Shown: one piece after another, positions 43,538 to 53,202 of the stretch | Layout of the letters: each line of letters starts with the position of its first letter | Numbering within the stretch: the first letter of the stretch is position 1 | Assembly: GCF_003852895.1 (NCBI RefSeq) | Contig: NZ_QUSW01000007.1 | Coordinates: 231,411 to 295,410 of the forward strand | Length of the DNA: 64,000 nt | Direction of reading: 5' to 3' | DNA from: Piscinibacter terrae | GTDB taxonomy: Bacteria > Pseudomonadota > Gammaproteobacteria > Burkholderiales > Burkholderiaceae_C | Translations under genes and position numbers: made by a program | Notes under the pieces: model-generated | Told to the model about the DNA's origin: nothing | Databases searched by the model: none | What the model saw: only the letters and a program-made list of their open reading frames with translations

Positions 43538-46500
43538 ATGAAGAGCCAGCGCCGGGACCGTCATCCGGGACGTGTTCCCATGCGTGTTCGTTTGCTTGCC
43601 GTTGCCGCCGCCGCAACGCTTTCCCAGGCCCCCTTGCACGCTGCCCAGTTCGGCAGCGGCAGCTACCGCGACGGCCTGCCCACCAGCAACCCCGCCGACA
43701 GCGGCTGGGCCGTGCCATCGCAGATCACCAGCTGGGGCCCGGGTGGCGTGCCCATCTACAGCCCGGCCACCCCGAAGTTCAAGGCCGGCGTGCCGGCCGT
43801 CAGCAACAAGTGGTGGTCGGGCCTGGGCTGGAACTACTGGGGCACGCAATCCAGCGGCCTCAACTCGGTGCCCAACTACGCCTTGCCGCTGTCCTTCATG
43901 GCCGTGCCCAGCGGCGCGGGCGTGTGGCAGCCCGACCAGCCCAGCATCCTGCGCGTCAACGGCGGCGGCACGGACTGGATGGCCGGCACACCCATTGACG
44001 GCATGGAGTTCATCAACAACGGCTACCCGAACTCGCAGCACTTCAACTTCTACGACCAGGACCTGATCGCGGGCCTGGAGGGCCTGGTGAGCGGCGACCC
44101 GCTGGTCGCGGGCTATTCCGACTGGGCCGTGACTGCGGAGTGGACGGGCGGCGGCAGCACGCTGCAGATGACCAGCGCCAGCGGCTCGCCGTACTTCTTC
44201 TTCAAGCGCACGGCGGGCTCGGCCAACGCGCGCGTGGAGGCCACCGGCGGCCTCACGGTGTTCTACAGCGCGGGCAACGTCATCGGCGTGTCGGTGAGCA
44301 AGGCCGCGGCCAACTACCGTCCGGGCACGCTGCACCACTACCTGCTGGTCGCGCCCTCGGGCGTGAACTGGGTGCAGTCGGGCAGCGTGTTCACCGCGCC
44401 GCTGGGCGGCAAGGGCTTCTTCACTGTCGCGGCCTTGCCCGACACATCCAACGCCACCGTCACCGACTACGCGCAGTACGCCCACAACCACATCACCGAC
44501 ACGCAGCTGAGCTGGAACTACAACGACGCCACGGCCACGCTGTCGTCGACCTTCAGCTTCAGCACCACCAACCAGGACACGGGGGCCACCAACCAGCCCA
44601 CGCTGTCGGCGGTGTTCCCGCACACCTGGAAGGGCAACCTCAACAACCCGGTGAACACCGGTTATGCCTACGCCTCGCCGCGCGGGCAGATGAAGGTGGT
44701 GAAGGGCACCAGCTACACCAGCAACATGCGCTTCAACGGCCTGCTGCCGGTGATGCCGGTGGCCTCGGCGGATGTGGCCAAGCTGAACGGCTACGTCAAC
44801 GACGTCGCCAACAACGCGGGCAGCATCTGGCAGACGCCGCCCGAGGGCACCATCGATGACGCCTACTGGACCGGCCGCTCGCTGGGCCGGCTCGCGAGCC
44901 TGATCTCCATTGCCGAGCAGACGGGCAACACGACCGCGCGCGACAAGCTGCTCACCGAGGTGAAGGCCAAGCTGCAGGACTGGCTCAGCTACACGCCCGG
45001 CAAGGCCAACAAGCACTTTGCCTACGACAGCAAGTGGCGCACGCTGTGCCCCATCTACGACATGCACTACGCCTGCCGCGACATGTCGGACCACCACTTC
45101 ATCAACGGCTACTTCATCCGTGCGGCGGCCATCGTGGCGATGTTCGATCCGAACGGCGCGAGCTGGGCGGGACAGTGGGGCCCGATGGTGGAGCAGCTCA
45201 TCAAGGACCCGATGAACTGGGACCGCAGCGACACCAGGTACGGGTTCCTGCGTCATTTCAGCCCGGTGGAAGGGCACAGCTGGGCCAGCGGCATGGCCTT
45301 CGGCAACGGGTTGAACGAAGAGTCGTCCAGCGAAGGCATGAACTTCGCCACCGGCGTTGCGCTGTGGGGCATGGCGACCAGCAACAAGGCCATCCGCGAC
45401 CTGGGCGTCATGTACTACGCGAACCAGTCGCGCGCCATCGAGGAATACTGGTTCGACGTGGACCAGAGCAACCACCCTGCGGAGTTCAAGCCGCCGCAGG
45501 TGGGCATCATCTGGGGCAACGGCGGCCTGTACGGCACCTGGTGGACGGCCGAGCCGCGCGCGGTGCATGGCATCAACATCCTGCCCGTCACCTCGGGCTC
45601 GATCTACTTCGGCCGGCGTGCGGACCAGGTCACGCGCCTCATGAACGCGACCAACACCTACCAGGCCAAGTACCAGGGCTTGCCGGCACCCTCGGCCCCC
45701 GGTTTCAAGCCGCTGATGGGTCCGCTGGAGTGGAGCGACCTGTTCTGGTCGTACCAGGCGGTGAACGACCCGGCCGGTGCTCTCGGCCAGTTCAACGCCA
45801 ACCCGAGCGCGCCGCCGGAGTGGGGCCAGACCAAGGCCGACATCTACAACTTCCTGTCGGCGCTCAACACCTGGGGCAAGCTGGAGACCGGTGTCACCGC
45901 GAACATCGCGTCCTACCAGGTGTTCAACAAGGGTGGGATCAAGCACTACGCGGCCTACAACCCGGGTGCGTCGGCGGTGTGCGTGAGCTACTCCGACGGC
46001 AAGAGCATGAGCGTCGCTGCGAAGCAGCTCGTGGTGGATGGCGGCGCCTGCAGCGGCGGCGGCGACACCACGCCGCCCAGCGTGCCGGGCAGCGTCACGG
46101 TGGGAACACGCACCTCCAACAGCATCGCGCTGTCGTGGGCGGCGTCGACCGACAACGTGGGCGTGACGGGCTACGAGGTGCTGCGCAACGGCGCCGTGGT
46201 GGGCTCGCCGACGTCCACCAGCTACGTCGACACCGGCCTGGCGGCCAGCACGAGCTATGGCTACAGCATCCGCGCCAAGGATGCGGCGGGCAACAAGTCG
46301 GCAGGCAGCCCGGCGGTGAATGCCACCACGCTGGCGGCATCGGACACGGTCGCGCCAACGGTGCCCACGGGCCTGGCCGTTGGTGCGGTCACCACCAGCA
46401 GCATCGCGCTGTCGTGGTCGGCGTCCACCGACAACGTCGGCGTGACCGGCTACCAGGTGCTGCGCAACGGCGCGGTGGTGGGCACGCCCACAGCCACGAG

Positions 46501-47029
46501 CTACAACGACACCGGCCTGGCCGCGAACACCACCTACACCTACACGGTGAAGGCGCGCGATGCAGCAGGCAATGTGTCGGGCGCCAGCACGTCCGTGAAC
46601 GGCAAGACCGCGAGCGCGAGCAGCACGACGCCTGCACGCAGCACCATCCAGGTGGAGAACTACAGCAGCGCCGACCCGCGCATCACCAAGGTCGCCGGCG
46701 GCACCGCGGTGGGCACGACGGCGGACGGCACCTGGATCAAGCTGGGCAGCATCGACTTCGGCAGCACATCGCCGATCGACTTCGTGCTCAACATCGCATC
46801 GGGCATTTCGGGCAGCGGCTCGGTCACCTTGTACCGCGACGGCATCAGCGCGGCCAACAAGATCGCGAGCCTGGGCGTGGGCAACACGGGGGGATGGTCG
46901 TCCTGGCAACAGGTGGCCATGAACCTCACCACACCCACGACCGGCGTGCACGACCTGTACATCCAGTTCAACACCCCCTACGTCGACCCGAACGGCCTCG
47001 TCAATGTGGACTGGATCCAGTTCCGCTGA
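43538..47029 (+). CDS. secreted glycoside hydrolase family 81 endo-beta-1,3-glucanase with two Fn3 domains and C-terminal carbohydrate-binding module
   Basis: GH81 signatures SDHHFINGYFI and LNEESSSEGMNF; two about 90-aa Fn3 repeats (PPSVPGSVTVGTRTSNSIALSW..., APTVPTGLAVGAVTTSSIALSW...); CBM6-like tail ...NVDWIQFR; signal peptide. Confidence 0.75.
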   Translation: MKSQRRDRHPGRVPMRVRLLAVAAAATLSQAPLHAAQFGSGSYRDGLPTSNPADSGWAVPSQITSWGPGGVPIYSPATPKFKAGVPAVSNKWWSGLGWNYWGTQSSGLNSVPNYALPLSFMAVPSGAGVWQPDQPSILRVNGGGTDWMAGTPIDGMEFINNGYPNSQHFNFYDQDLIAGLEGLVSGDPLVAGYSDWAVTAEWTGGGSTLQMTSASGSPYFFFKRTAGSANARVEATGGLTVFYSAGNVIGVSVSKAAANYRPGTLHHYLLVAPSGVNWVQSGSVFTAPLGGKGFFTVAALPDTSNATVTDYAQYAHNHITDTQLSWNYNDATATLSSTFSFSTTNQDTGATNQPTLSAVFPHTWKGNLNNPVNTGYAYASPRGQMKVVKGTSYTSNMRFNGLLPVMPVASADVAKLNGYVNDVANNAGSIWQTPPEGTIDDAYWTGRSLGRLASLISIAEQTGNTTARDKLLTEVKAKLQDWLSYTPGKANKHFAYDSKWRTLCPIYDMHYACRDMSDHHFINGYFIRAAAIVAMFDPNGASWAGQWGPMVEQLIKDPMNWDRSDTRYGFLRHFSPVEGHSWASGMAFGNGLNEESSSEGMNFATGVALWGMATSNKAIRDLGVMYYANQSRAIEEYWFDVDQSNHPAEFKPPQVGIIWGNGGLYGTWWTAEPRAVHGINILPVTSGSIYFGRRADQVTRLMNATNTYQAKYQGLPAPSAPGFKPLMGPLEWSDLFWSYQAVNDPAGALGQFNANPSAPPEWGQTKADIYNFLSALNTWGKLETGVTANIASYQVFNKGGIKHYAAYNPGASAVCVSYSDGKSMSVAAKQLVVDGGACSGGGDTTPPSVPGSVTVGTRTSNSIALSWAASTDNVGVTGYEVLRNGAVVGSPTSTSYVDTGLAASTSYGYSIRAKDAAGNKSAGSPAVNATTLAASDTVAPTVPTGLAVGAVTTSSIALSWSASTDNVGVTGYQVLRNGAVVGTPTATSYNDTGLAANTTYTYTVKARDAAGNVSGASTSVNGKTASASSTTPARSTIQVENYSSADPRITKVAGGTAVGTTADGTWIKLGSIDFGSTSPIDFVLNIASGISGSGSVTLYRDGISAANKIASLGVGNTGGWSSWQQVAMNLTTPTTGVHDLYIQFNTPYVDPNGLVNVDWIQFR

Positions 47030-47192
47030 TCACTGACCGGCGCTGACGCAGTTGACCCCGGGGCGGGCGGCGCACGGCGTGCGTCCGCCCCAACTTCCGA
47101 GGAGACATTCATGAGGATCATCTCAAGGACCGCGCTCGCCTTCGCGTGGCGTCGAGTACTGGTTCACCTACGAGAAGAACGGGCCCCTGTAC

Positions 47193-47783
47193 GTGACGCC
47201 GCATTCCAGCTTCACGCAGGGCGGTGGCGGTGGCGGTGGAGGAGGTGGCGGCACCACAGTGGCGGCGCCGAGCTTCAATCCGCCGGGCGGAAGCTACGCC
47301 GGCATCCAGTCGGTGTCGATCGGCTACATCGACCAGGTGTGGAACCAGTACACGGCCGCTGACTTCGTGTTCACGCGGCCGGGCGACACCTTCCGCGGCC
47401 GTGTCGTCGCGGGACGTCTGCAGTTCACGTGGAATGGTGCGGGTCCGTTCTTCATCGACAAGCCCACCACCTTCGACGTGTTCGGCTGCACCGGCTACCT
47501 CGCCAAGGGTTCGACCATGGAGCTGGCGCTGGAAGCCGGGTTCTGCGGCGCGTTCAACCGCGGCGTGGCGCACAACACCGCCAACTGGCACACCCCGGCG
47601 AGCTACTACCAGAACGGCGTGATGCAGAACGAGTACGCCCACTTCTGGCACGTGAACGGCATCAACGGCAAGGCCTACGCGTTCGCCTATGACGACGCGA
47701 ACGACCAGAGCTCGGTGATCATCATTCCGAACCTGGCGGCCAAGCCGTATCCGGACAGCGTGACGATCACGGTCGGGTGGTGA
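47193..47783 (+). pseudogene. remnant of a GH64/thaumatin-like beta-1,3-glucanase (C-terminal fragment preceded by poly-Gly linker), probably a gene fragment
   Basis: GTG-start ORF without N-terminal catalytic region or signal peptide; thaumatin/GH64-like ...KAYAFAYDDANDQSS motif; in-frame upstream run (from 47115) encodes a domain tail ...GVEYWFTYEKNGPLYV then (GGY)11 tract at 47221-47253. Confidence 0.4.
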
Positions 47784-48260
47784 TCAGACCGCCTTCTCGT
47801 ACCTGAACCAATGCTCCGAGGTGGAACTCGGCTTGCTGTCCAGCGACTCGTGCTTGATGAGCACGTGCAACTGGCGCTGGCCGTTGTTCTCCACGGAGCG
47901 CATCCACAGGTTGTCGATGTAGCCGCCGGTGGGCACGCGGCCCGTCATCCAGCGTTGGCCCTTCCAGGTCTTGTAGGACGCGGCCACGCTGGGCCGGCCA
48001 TAGAACTGGCCTGAGGATTGGCGGACCCAGACCCGCAGCTTGTAGGCGGTCTCGGTCTGCTCACCATTGAGCACCTGATCACCGCAACTGGTCATGCGCA
48101 CGTCGAGGACGGCCGGGTCGGTGTCCTTGGCGTCGATGTTGCGCCAGCGGCCCGCTTCGCTGGGCGAAGCGCACAGCGCCCGCGAGGCCAGGGGCCAGCC
48201 CAGGGCCGGGAGGCACAGGCCGGCGAGCATGGCCCGGCGAGAGACGGCAACGGATGTCAT
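47784..48260 (-). CDS. Tat-signal exported hypothetical protein
   Basis: Start MTSVAVSRRAMLAGLCLPALG (twin-arginine motif); 158 aa; C-terminus ...SEHWFRYEKAV. Confidence 0.5.
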   Translation of the reverse strand: MTSVAVSRRAMLAGLCLPALGWPLASRALCASPSEAGRWRNIDAKDTDPAVLDVRMTSCGDQVLNGEQTETAYKLRVWVRQSSGQFYGRPSVAASYKTWKGQRWMTGRVPTGGYIDNLWMRSVENNGQRQLHVLIKHESLDSKPSSTSEHWFRYEKAV

Positions 48261-48500
48261 GGCGAATTCCCTTCGCGTGCGAGTGCGATCCTGCACGGAC
48301 CGTGGATTCACTCTAGGCGCCGCTGCCGCGGGGTCACATCCTGTGCGTTAGGGGGATGCCTCCCACGTTTGATGGAGAGACTGGGGCCCCAGTGGCCTTC
48401 AGTTCAACGATGTGCCCTGCCAATCCGGAGGCCTCGGCTGCGCCATGGGCTGGTGGCGGATGCCGCAACAATGTGCGATCGCTCGACAAGAGGAACCCCC

Positions 48501-49190
48501 ATGCCCGCACACATCGGCATCGTCGCCTGCTCGGCCGAAGGCGCATCGCTGTGCTACCGCACCATCTGCGCGGAAGGCGCCGCGCTGCTGGGTGCGCATT
48601 CGCATCCGGAGGTGTCCATGCACACGCCGTCCCTGCATGAATACGTCGCCTGCCTTGATCGCGGCGACGTGCAAGGCGTGGCTGCACTGATGCTCGATTC
48701 CGCCCGCAAGCTCGCCGCCATCGGCGTGGACTTTCTCATCTGCCCGGACAACACCATCCACCAGGCCATGCACCTGGTGCGGCCGCAATCGCCCAAGCCC
48801 TGGCTTCACATCGCCGAAGTGGCGGCAGATGAAGCTGCCGCGCGCGGCTTTCGGCGCGTGGGTGTTCTCGGAACGACGTGGCTCGTGAACAGCGCGGTGT
48901 ACCCGCAGGCGCTGGCAGCGCGCGGCATCGATGCGGTGCGGCCGAACGATGCCGATCGCGACCGCATCGGCCAGATCATCATGGACGAATTGGTGGCCGG
49001 CATCGTCCGGCCTGGCAGCGTCCAGGTGTTCCAGCAGGTCATCGAGCGCTTGAAGGCCCAGGGCTGCGATGCCGTGGTGCTCGGCTGCACCGAGATCCCG
49101 CTGGTCATCAGCGACGCGAATTCCGCCTTGCCCACGCTGGACTCGACCCGGCTGCTGGCACGGGCGGCCTTGCGTCGCGCGGTGGGCTGA
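48501..49190 (+). CDS. Asp/Glu/hydantoin racemase family protein (aspartate racemase-like)
   Basis: MPAHIGIVACSAEGASLCY...DAVVLGCTEIPLV two-Cys racemase architecture; RBS AAGAGGAA; long upstream in-frame extension rejected. Confidence 0.75.
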   Translation: MPAHIGIVACSAEGASLCYRTICAEGAALLGAHSHPEVSMHTPSLHEYVACLDRGDVQGVAALMLDSARKLAAIGVDFLICPDNTIHQAMHLVRPQSPKPWLHIAEVAADEAAARGFRRVGVLGTTWLVNSAVYPQALAARGIDAVRPNDADRDRIGQIIMDELVAGIVRPGSVQVFQQVIERLKAQGCDAVVLGCTEIPLVISDANSALPTLDSTRLLARAALRRAVG

Positions 49191-49369
49191 TGCGCTGCCA
49201 AGGCTTCCGTTCGACATCCGATTCCTTCCGCTGACCGGGCCGATCCGTCGATTCACTGCAGTGGCTGTCGATGCCGCGGGCCATCTTCGCTAGGCTGTCA
49301 AGCCTGAAGAAGCAGCTGGCGGACAGGGGAGTCCGAGCCTGGCGGCTTGGCACCGAGAGGAGGACATCC

Positions 49370-50683
49370 ATGCACGCGACATTCGACACCCTTCGGTTCC
49401 GCGTTGGAGCCATCGGGGCCACGGTCATCGCCGCAGCCCTGCTCGCCGCCTGCGGAGGAGGCGGCGAGCAGGGCACCGATGGCGCTACCGCGCAAGCCCA
49501 GTCCGTGGCCCAAGGGCTGCCCGCGCCAGTCCGATTGAGCATCAACGGCGCGAAGATCTTCGGCCCGGACGGCCAGCCCATCCGCCTTCGCGGCGTGAAC
49601 GTGCAGGGGGTGGACGACAAGGCGCTGGACGACATCGTCGGCAAGTTCCACATGAACCTGATCCGCCTGCGCATCTCGTTCACGCCGGAGAACCGCGACG
49701 AGACCGGCACCAGGGCGTCGGGCTTCAAGTCCACCTATGAGGATGCGATCCGCAGCTGGGTCGATGCGGCCCGCGCACGCAAGGTCTGGATGGTGCTGGA
49801 GATGCGCGCCAACGACAACGTCGCGAACAGTCGTGACCTCTACGACACGACCAAGACCGGTGCCTGCGATGCCCCCACCGACGCCGCGCATTGTCCCAAC
49901 TACGGCTACTACCTCAAGGCCTGGCAGTACCTCGCGCGCACCTACCAGAACACCGACTATGTCGCCGGCTACGGCCTGCTGGCCGAGCCCAGCACCGACA
50001 AGACGGGCGACCCGGACCCGGTGGGCTTGCTGGTCAACTTCCAGAAGGCGCTGATGGCGGAGATCACGCGCATCGACGACCACACGCCCTTCTTCATCGG
50101 GCCGGCCTTCAACTACGACACGATGGAGTACCGGCCGGCCACCTATCCGCGCATCGGGCTGTATCCGAACCGCATCGTCTACGAGGTGAACTTCCTCATG
50201 CCCAAGGAATGGGTGCAGGACGGCAGCTGGAGCGTGACCTGCGACACACCGCCGTGCGCGACGCCGCACTACCCGTACAGCGATCCCAAGGACGGCTACC
50301 TGTCCTTGCTGGACGGCAAGAGTGACGCCGTGCCCTGGGAGCGCACCTTCAACATCAACCGCGTGAGCGAAGCGAACTACAAGAAGACCCTGAGCAAGGG
50401 CTTCATCAACTGGTACCTGAAGTGGCCGCTCGATTTCCGGGCCAAGTACAACGTGCCGTTCTACGTCGACCAGTTCGGCGCGAGCAGCAAGGCCGCGGGC
50501 CAGATCGCCTACGAGAAGGACCTGATCGACTTCTTCGAGGCCAACGACCTGCACTGGTCGCGCTGGTCCTACAACGCCTACAACGACGACAGCGATACCA
50601 GCTTCCTGCGGACGCTGCTGGCGAAGCCGTCAGGCAACGACACCGTGATCCAGTTCTACACCGACCTGGGCAAGACCTGGTGA
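49370..50683 (+). CDS. glycoside hydrolase family 5-like lipoprotein (cellulase-superfamily TIM barrel)
   Basis: Start MHATFDT, lipobox LAACGGGG; GH5-like strand motifs (IRLRGVNVQG, HMNLIRLRISF, WMVLEMRAND, GYGLLAEPS, YVDQFGAS). Confidence 0.55.
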   Translation: MHATFDTLRFRVGAIGATVIAAALLAACGGGGEQGTDGATAQAQSVAQGLPAPVRLSINGAKIFGPDGQPIRLRGVNVQGVDDKALDDIVGKFHMNLIRLRISFTPENRDETGTRASGFKSTYEDAIRSWVDAARARKVWMVLEMRANDNVANSRDLYDTTKTGACDAPTDAAHCPNYGYYLKAWQYLARTYQNTDYVAGYGLLAEPSTDKTGDPDPVGLLVNFQKALMAEITRIDDHTPFFIGPAFNYDTMEYRPATYPRIGLYPNRIVYEVNFLMPKEWVQDGSWSVTCDTPPCATPHYPYSDPKDGYLSLLDGKSDAVPWERTFNINRVSEANYKKTLSKGFINWYLKWPLDFRAKYNVPFYVDQFGASSKAAGQIAYEKDLIDFFEANDLHWSRWSYNAYNDDSDTSFLRTLLAKPSGNDTVIQFYTDLGKTW

Positions 50684-50708
50684 GCTGAAGCCGCGGACCG
50701 TGCCGGTG

Positions 50709-51422
50709 TCAGAGCGTGCGCAGCGCTTCGGCCCCGGCGCGGCTCACCTCCACCTGCCCGAGCCCGTGCTTGAGCTCCACCACGCAGCGCCCCGGCCGCT
50801 CGCGCACGATGCGCTGCACGAAGTTCAGGTTGACGATGGCCGCGCGGTGCACCTGCACGAAGCTGTTCGCGTCCAGCCGCAGCTGCAGGTTCTTGAGGGG
50901 CTCCTCGATGAGGTGCTCGCCCTCTTGCGTCAGCAGTTGCGTGTAGCCGGGCACCGCGCGCAGGCAGGCGATGTCCTGGATAGGCACGAGCTGCGTGCTG
51001 GTGCCGCGGGTCGCGCGCAGCCACTGCGGGGCCTGTGATGCCGGCGCCGCCGTGCCGCCGGCCAGCTTGGCCTTCAGTCGCGTCACTGTGTCGCCCAGCC
51101 GCTCGGGCTCCAGCGGCTTGACCAGGTAGTCGATCGCACGCGCATCGAAGGCCTTGAGCGCGAACTGGTCGTAGGCGGTGACGAAGACGATCTCGCCGGT
51201 GTAGCCGCGCTCGCGCATGCGCTGGGCTGCGGCCATGCCGTCCAGGTGGGGCATGCTCACGTCCAGGAAGGCGACTTCCGGTCGCTGTTCCAGTGCGGCA
51301 GCCAGTGCCCCGCGCCCATCGGACGCTTCGGCCACGATGCGCAGCTCGGGCCAGGCCACGGCCAGCGCATCGCGCAGTTCCGCACGCAGCAGCGGTTCAT
51401 CGTCGGCGATCAAGGCACGCAT
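50709..51422 (-). CDS. LytTR-family two-component response regulator
   Basis: Start MRALIADDEPLLR; receiver domain with phospho-acceptor Asp (AFLDVSMP), C-terminal LytTR DNA-binding domain. Confidence 0.85.
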   Translation of the reverse strand: MRALIADDEPLLRAELRDALAVAWPELRIVAEASDGRGALAAALEQRPEVAFLDVSMPHLDGMAAAQRMRERGYTGEIVFVTAYDQFALKAFDARAIDYLVKPLEPERLGDTVTRLKAKLAGGTAAPASQAPQWLRATRGTSTQLVPIQDIACLRAVPGYTQLLTQEGEHLIEEPLKNLQLRLDANSFVQVHRAAIVNLNFVQRIVRERPGRCVVELKHGLGQVEVSRAGAEALRTL

Positions 51423-51432
51423 GGAAGTCTCC

Positions 51433-52539
51433 TCAACGTTGCTGCGGTGCCGGCGTTTCCCAGGGCAGGGTGAGCACGGCTTCGCAGCCCGGATGGATGT
51501 TGTACAGCTGCACGCTCGCACCGTCGCCATACAGCAGGCGCAGCCGCTCGCGCAGGTTGGCGATGCCGGTGCCGCCGGGACGCGAGGCATCGGTTGAGCC
51601 AGGTGCAGCGGGCGGGCCGGCGCCGTTGTCCTGCACGCGCAGCACCAGGCTGTGGCCCAGGTGGCGTGCGCTCACCAGCAGCTTGAGTTCCGAACCGTCC
51701 TCAGGCAGCCCATGCTTGACGGCGTTCTCCGCGAAGCACAGCAGCGCGCCGGGCAGCAGCGAGATGCCGGCGATGTGGTCGGGCACGTCCACCTGCATGC
51801 GCATGGGACGGCCCATGCGCTCGCTCAGCAGGTCCAGGTAGGCCTGCACCAGCGCCAGCTCGTCGCGCAGTGGCAACCGGTCTTCGCGGAAGCTGGGCAG
51901 CACCAGCTTGAAGTAGCGGATGAGGTGGTCGAGCATCTGCAATGCCCGCGCGCTGTCCAGCTTCACGAGCTGGCGCAGGTTGGCCAGGGTGTTGTAGATG
52001 AAGTGGGGCTCGATCTGCGCCTGCAGCAACTGCAGTTGTGCCAATCCGCGCTCATGCTGCGATTGCGACTCGCGCGCACGTGCTGCTTCCTCGGCCTGCC
52101 ACGCGGCGCGCTCGCGCTGCCGCGCCCGTTCCAGCAGCCACAGGCCGGCGCCGATCAGCGCGCCGAGCAAGGGGGCGCTCACGAAGCCCCGCTCGACCAG
52201 TGGTCGCGCGAGGATGAGGTCCACCGCCCGGTCGGCCCAGGCAGCGCGCATGAGCACCATCGCCAGCATCGACGCGGTGGTGGCTGCGGCAGGCCCCACC
52301 AGCAGCAGCCACAAGGGGGCCTTGGTGCGACGCAGCAGCCACAGGGCCGCGGCTCCGCCGCCCAGCATCATCACGAGGGTGGTGGGCACCACCTGCACCA
52401 TCACCATGCGTGGATTGCGCGTGGCCAGCGCCGCCACCAGGGCTACCAGGCAGGCGCCGATGGTGGCCAGCACCAGCGTGTAGCCTTCCAGCGCGCGGGG
52501 CGAGCCGGTTTCGGGGTACGTGGGGTCGATGGCGGACAT
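51433..52539 (-). CDS. LytS/YehU-type sensor histidine kinase (5TM-like N-terminus plus His_kinase plus HATPase_c)
   Basis: HFIYNTLANLRQL His-kinase motif, multiple N-terminal TM helices, C-terminal ATP-binding G-boxes. Confidence 0.8.
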   Translation of the reverse strand: MSAIDPTYPETGSPRALEGYTLVLATIGACLVALVAALATRNPRMVMVQVVPTTLVMMLGGGAAALWLLRRTKAPLWLLLVGPAAATTASMLAMVLMRAAWADRAVDLILARPLVERGFVSAPLLGALIGAGLWLLERARQRERAAWQAEEAARARESQSQHERGLAQLQLLQAQIEPHFIYNTLANLRQLVKLDSARALQMLDHLIRYFKLVLPSFREDRLPLRDELALVQAYLDLLSERMGRPMRMQVDVPDHIAGISLLPGALLCFAENAVKHGLPEDGSELKLLVSARHLGHSLVLRVQDNGAGPPAAPGSTDASRPGGTGIANLRERLRLLYGDGASVQLYNIHPGCEAVLTLPWETPAPQQR

Positions 52540-52696
52540 GCAGGAAGCGACAGCAGGCGGATGTCATGCAGACGTCCGGACTGTATCGTCGATGCCGGGC
52601 AAAGGCCTTGTCCAGGACCAACCAGGCCGGTGGTGGATCCGGCCTGGTGAATGGCGGAATGCGGGGGGTGAGCGGAACGCCGTCTGGGTGGCCGGG

Positions 52697-53113
52697 TCAG
52701 AGCGCCGCCTTCACCAGCGCGACAATCTGCTCCTGCGTGATCTGCTTGCCGTGCAGTGCGCTGGGCGTCACGCACACTGCGCTGGACGCCGTGCTGGCAC
52801 ACACCGAGCGGAAGCTGTTGACCACGAAGGCATCAGAGCCCACGCCGGACACGGGCGAGGCGTCCTGCGCCATCGCCTGCTTCCAGGCAGCGTACTGCTC
52901 CGGGTTGCCGATGCGCAGCGTCACGATGCCTTTGTCGCCGATCTTGTACGCGACGTCGGCGTAGGTCTGCCCGTACCGGGTGTTGGTCTTGGCGGTGTGG
53001 CTCACGCCGGCGATGCCCAGCGTCTTCTCGACGGTGGCATCAGACAGCTCGGCCGCGAACGTGCCGGTGGCGCTCAAAGTGGAAACGAGCGTGATCGCAA
53101 GAACGCGCTTCAT
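52697..53113 (-). CDS. small exported hypothetical protein
   Basis: Start MKRVLAITLVSTLSATGTFAA (signal peptide); 138 aa. Confidence 0.45.
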   Translation of the reverse strand: MKRVLAITLVSTLSATGTFAAELSDATVEKTLGIAGVSHTAKTNTRYGQTYADVAYKIGDKGIVTLRIGNPEQYAAWKQAMAQDASPVSGVGSDAFVVNSFRSVCASTASSAVCVTPSALHGKQITQEQIVALVKAAL

Positions 53114-53202
53114 GATGGGGGGCTCCCTTCGGTTGTGGTGGATGAGTGGCGCGCACTCTATCGACCAGGCACGAAGGGATTGTTTCCGTTCGATGCTGCG
53201 TT

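Noticed and set aside
43385-46951. 1188-aa minus-strand ORF and the 670-aa plus-strand alternative frame (45034-47046) over the GH81 gene
   Set aside because: Arg/Gly/His-rich artefact frames; GH81 signatures (DHHF..GY, EESSSE) and Fn3 repeats are only in the 43538-47029 frame.
48018-48500. 161-codon N-terminal extension of the racemase ORF
   Set aside because: No RBS, Arg/Gly-rich composition, overlaps the convergent Tat-protein gene; the conserved racemase N-terminus MPAHIGIVACSAEG with RBS begins at 48501.
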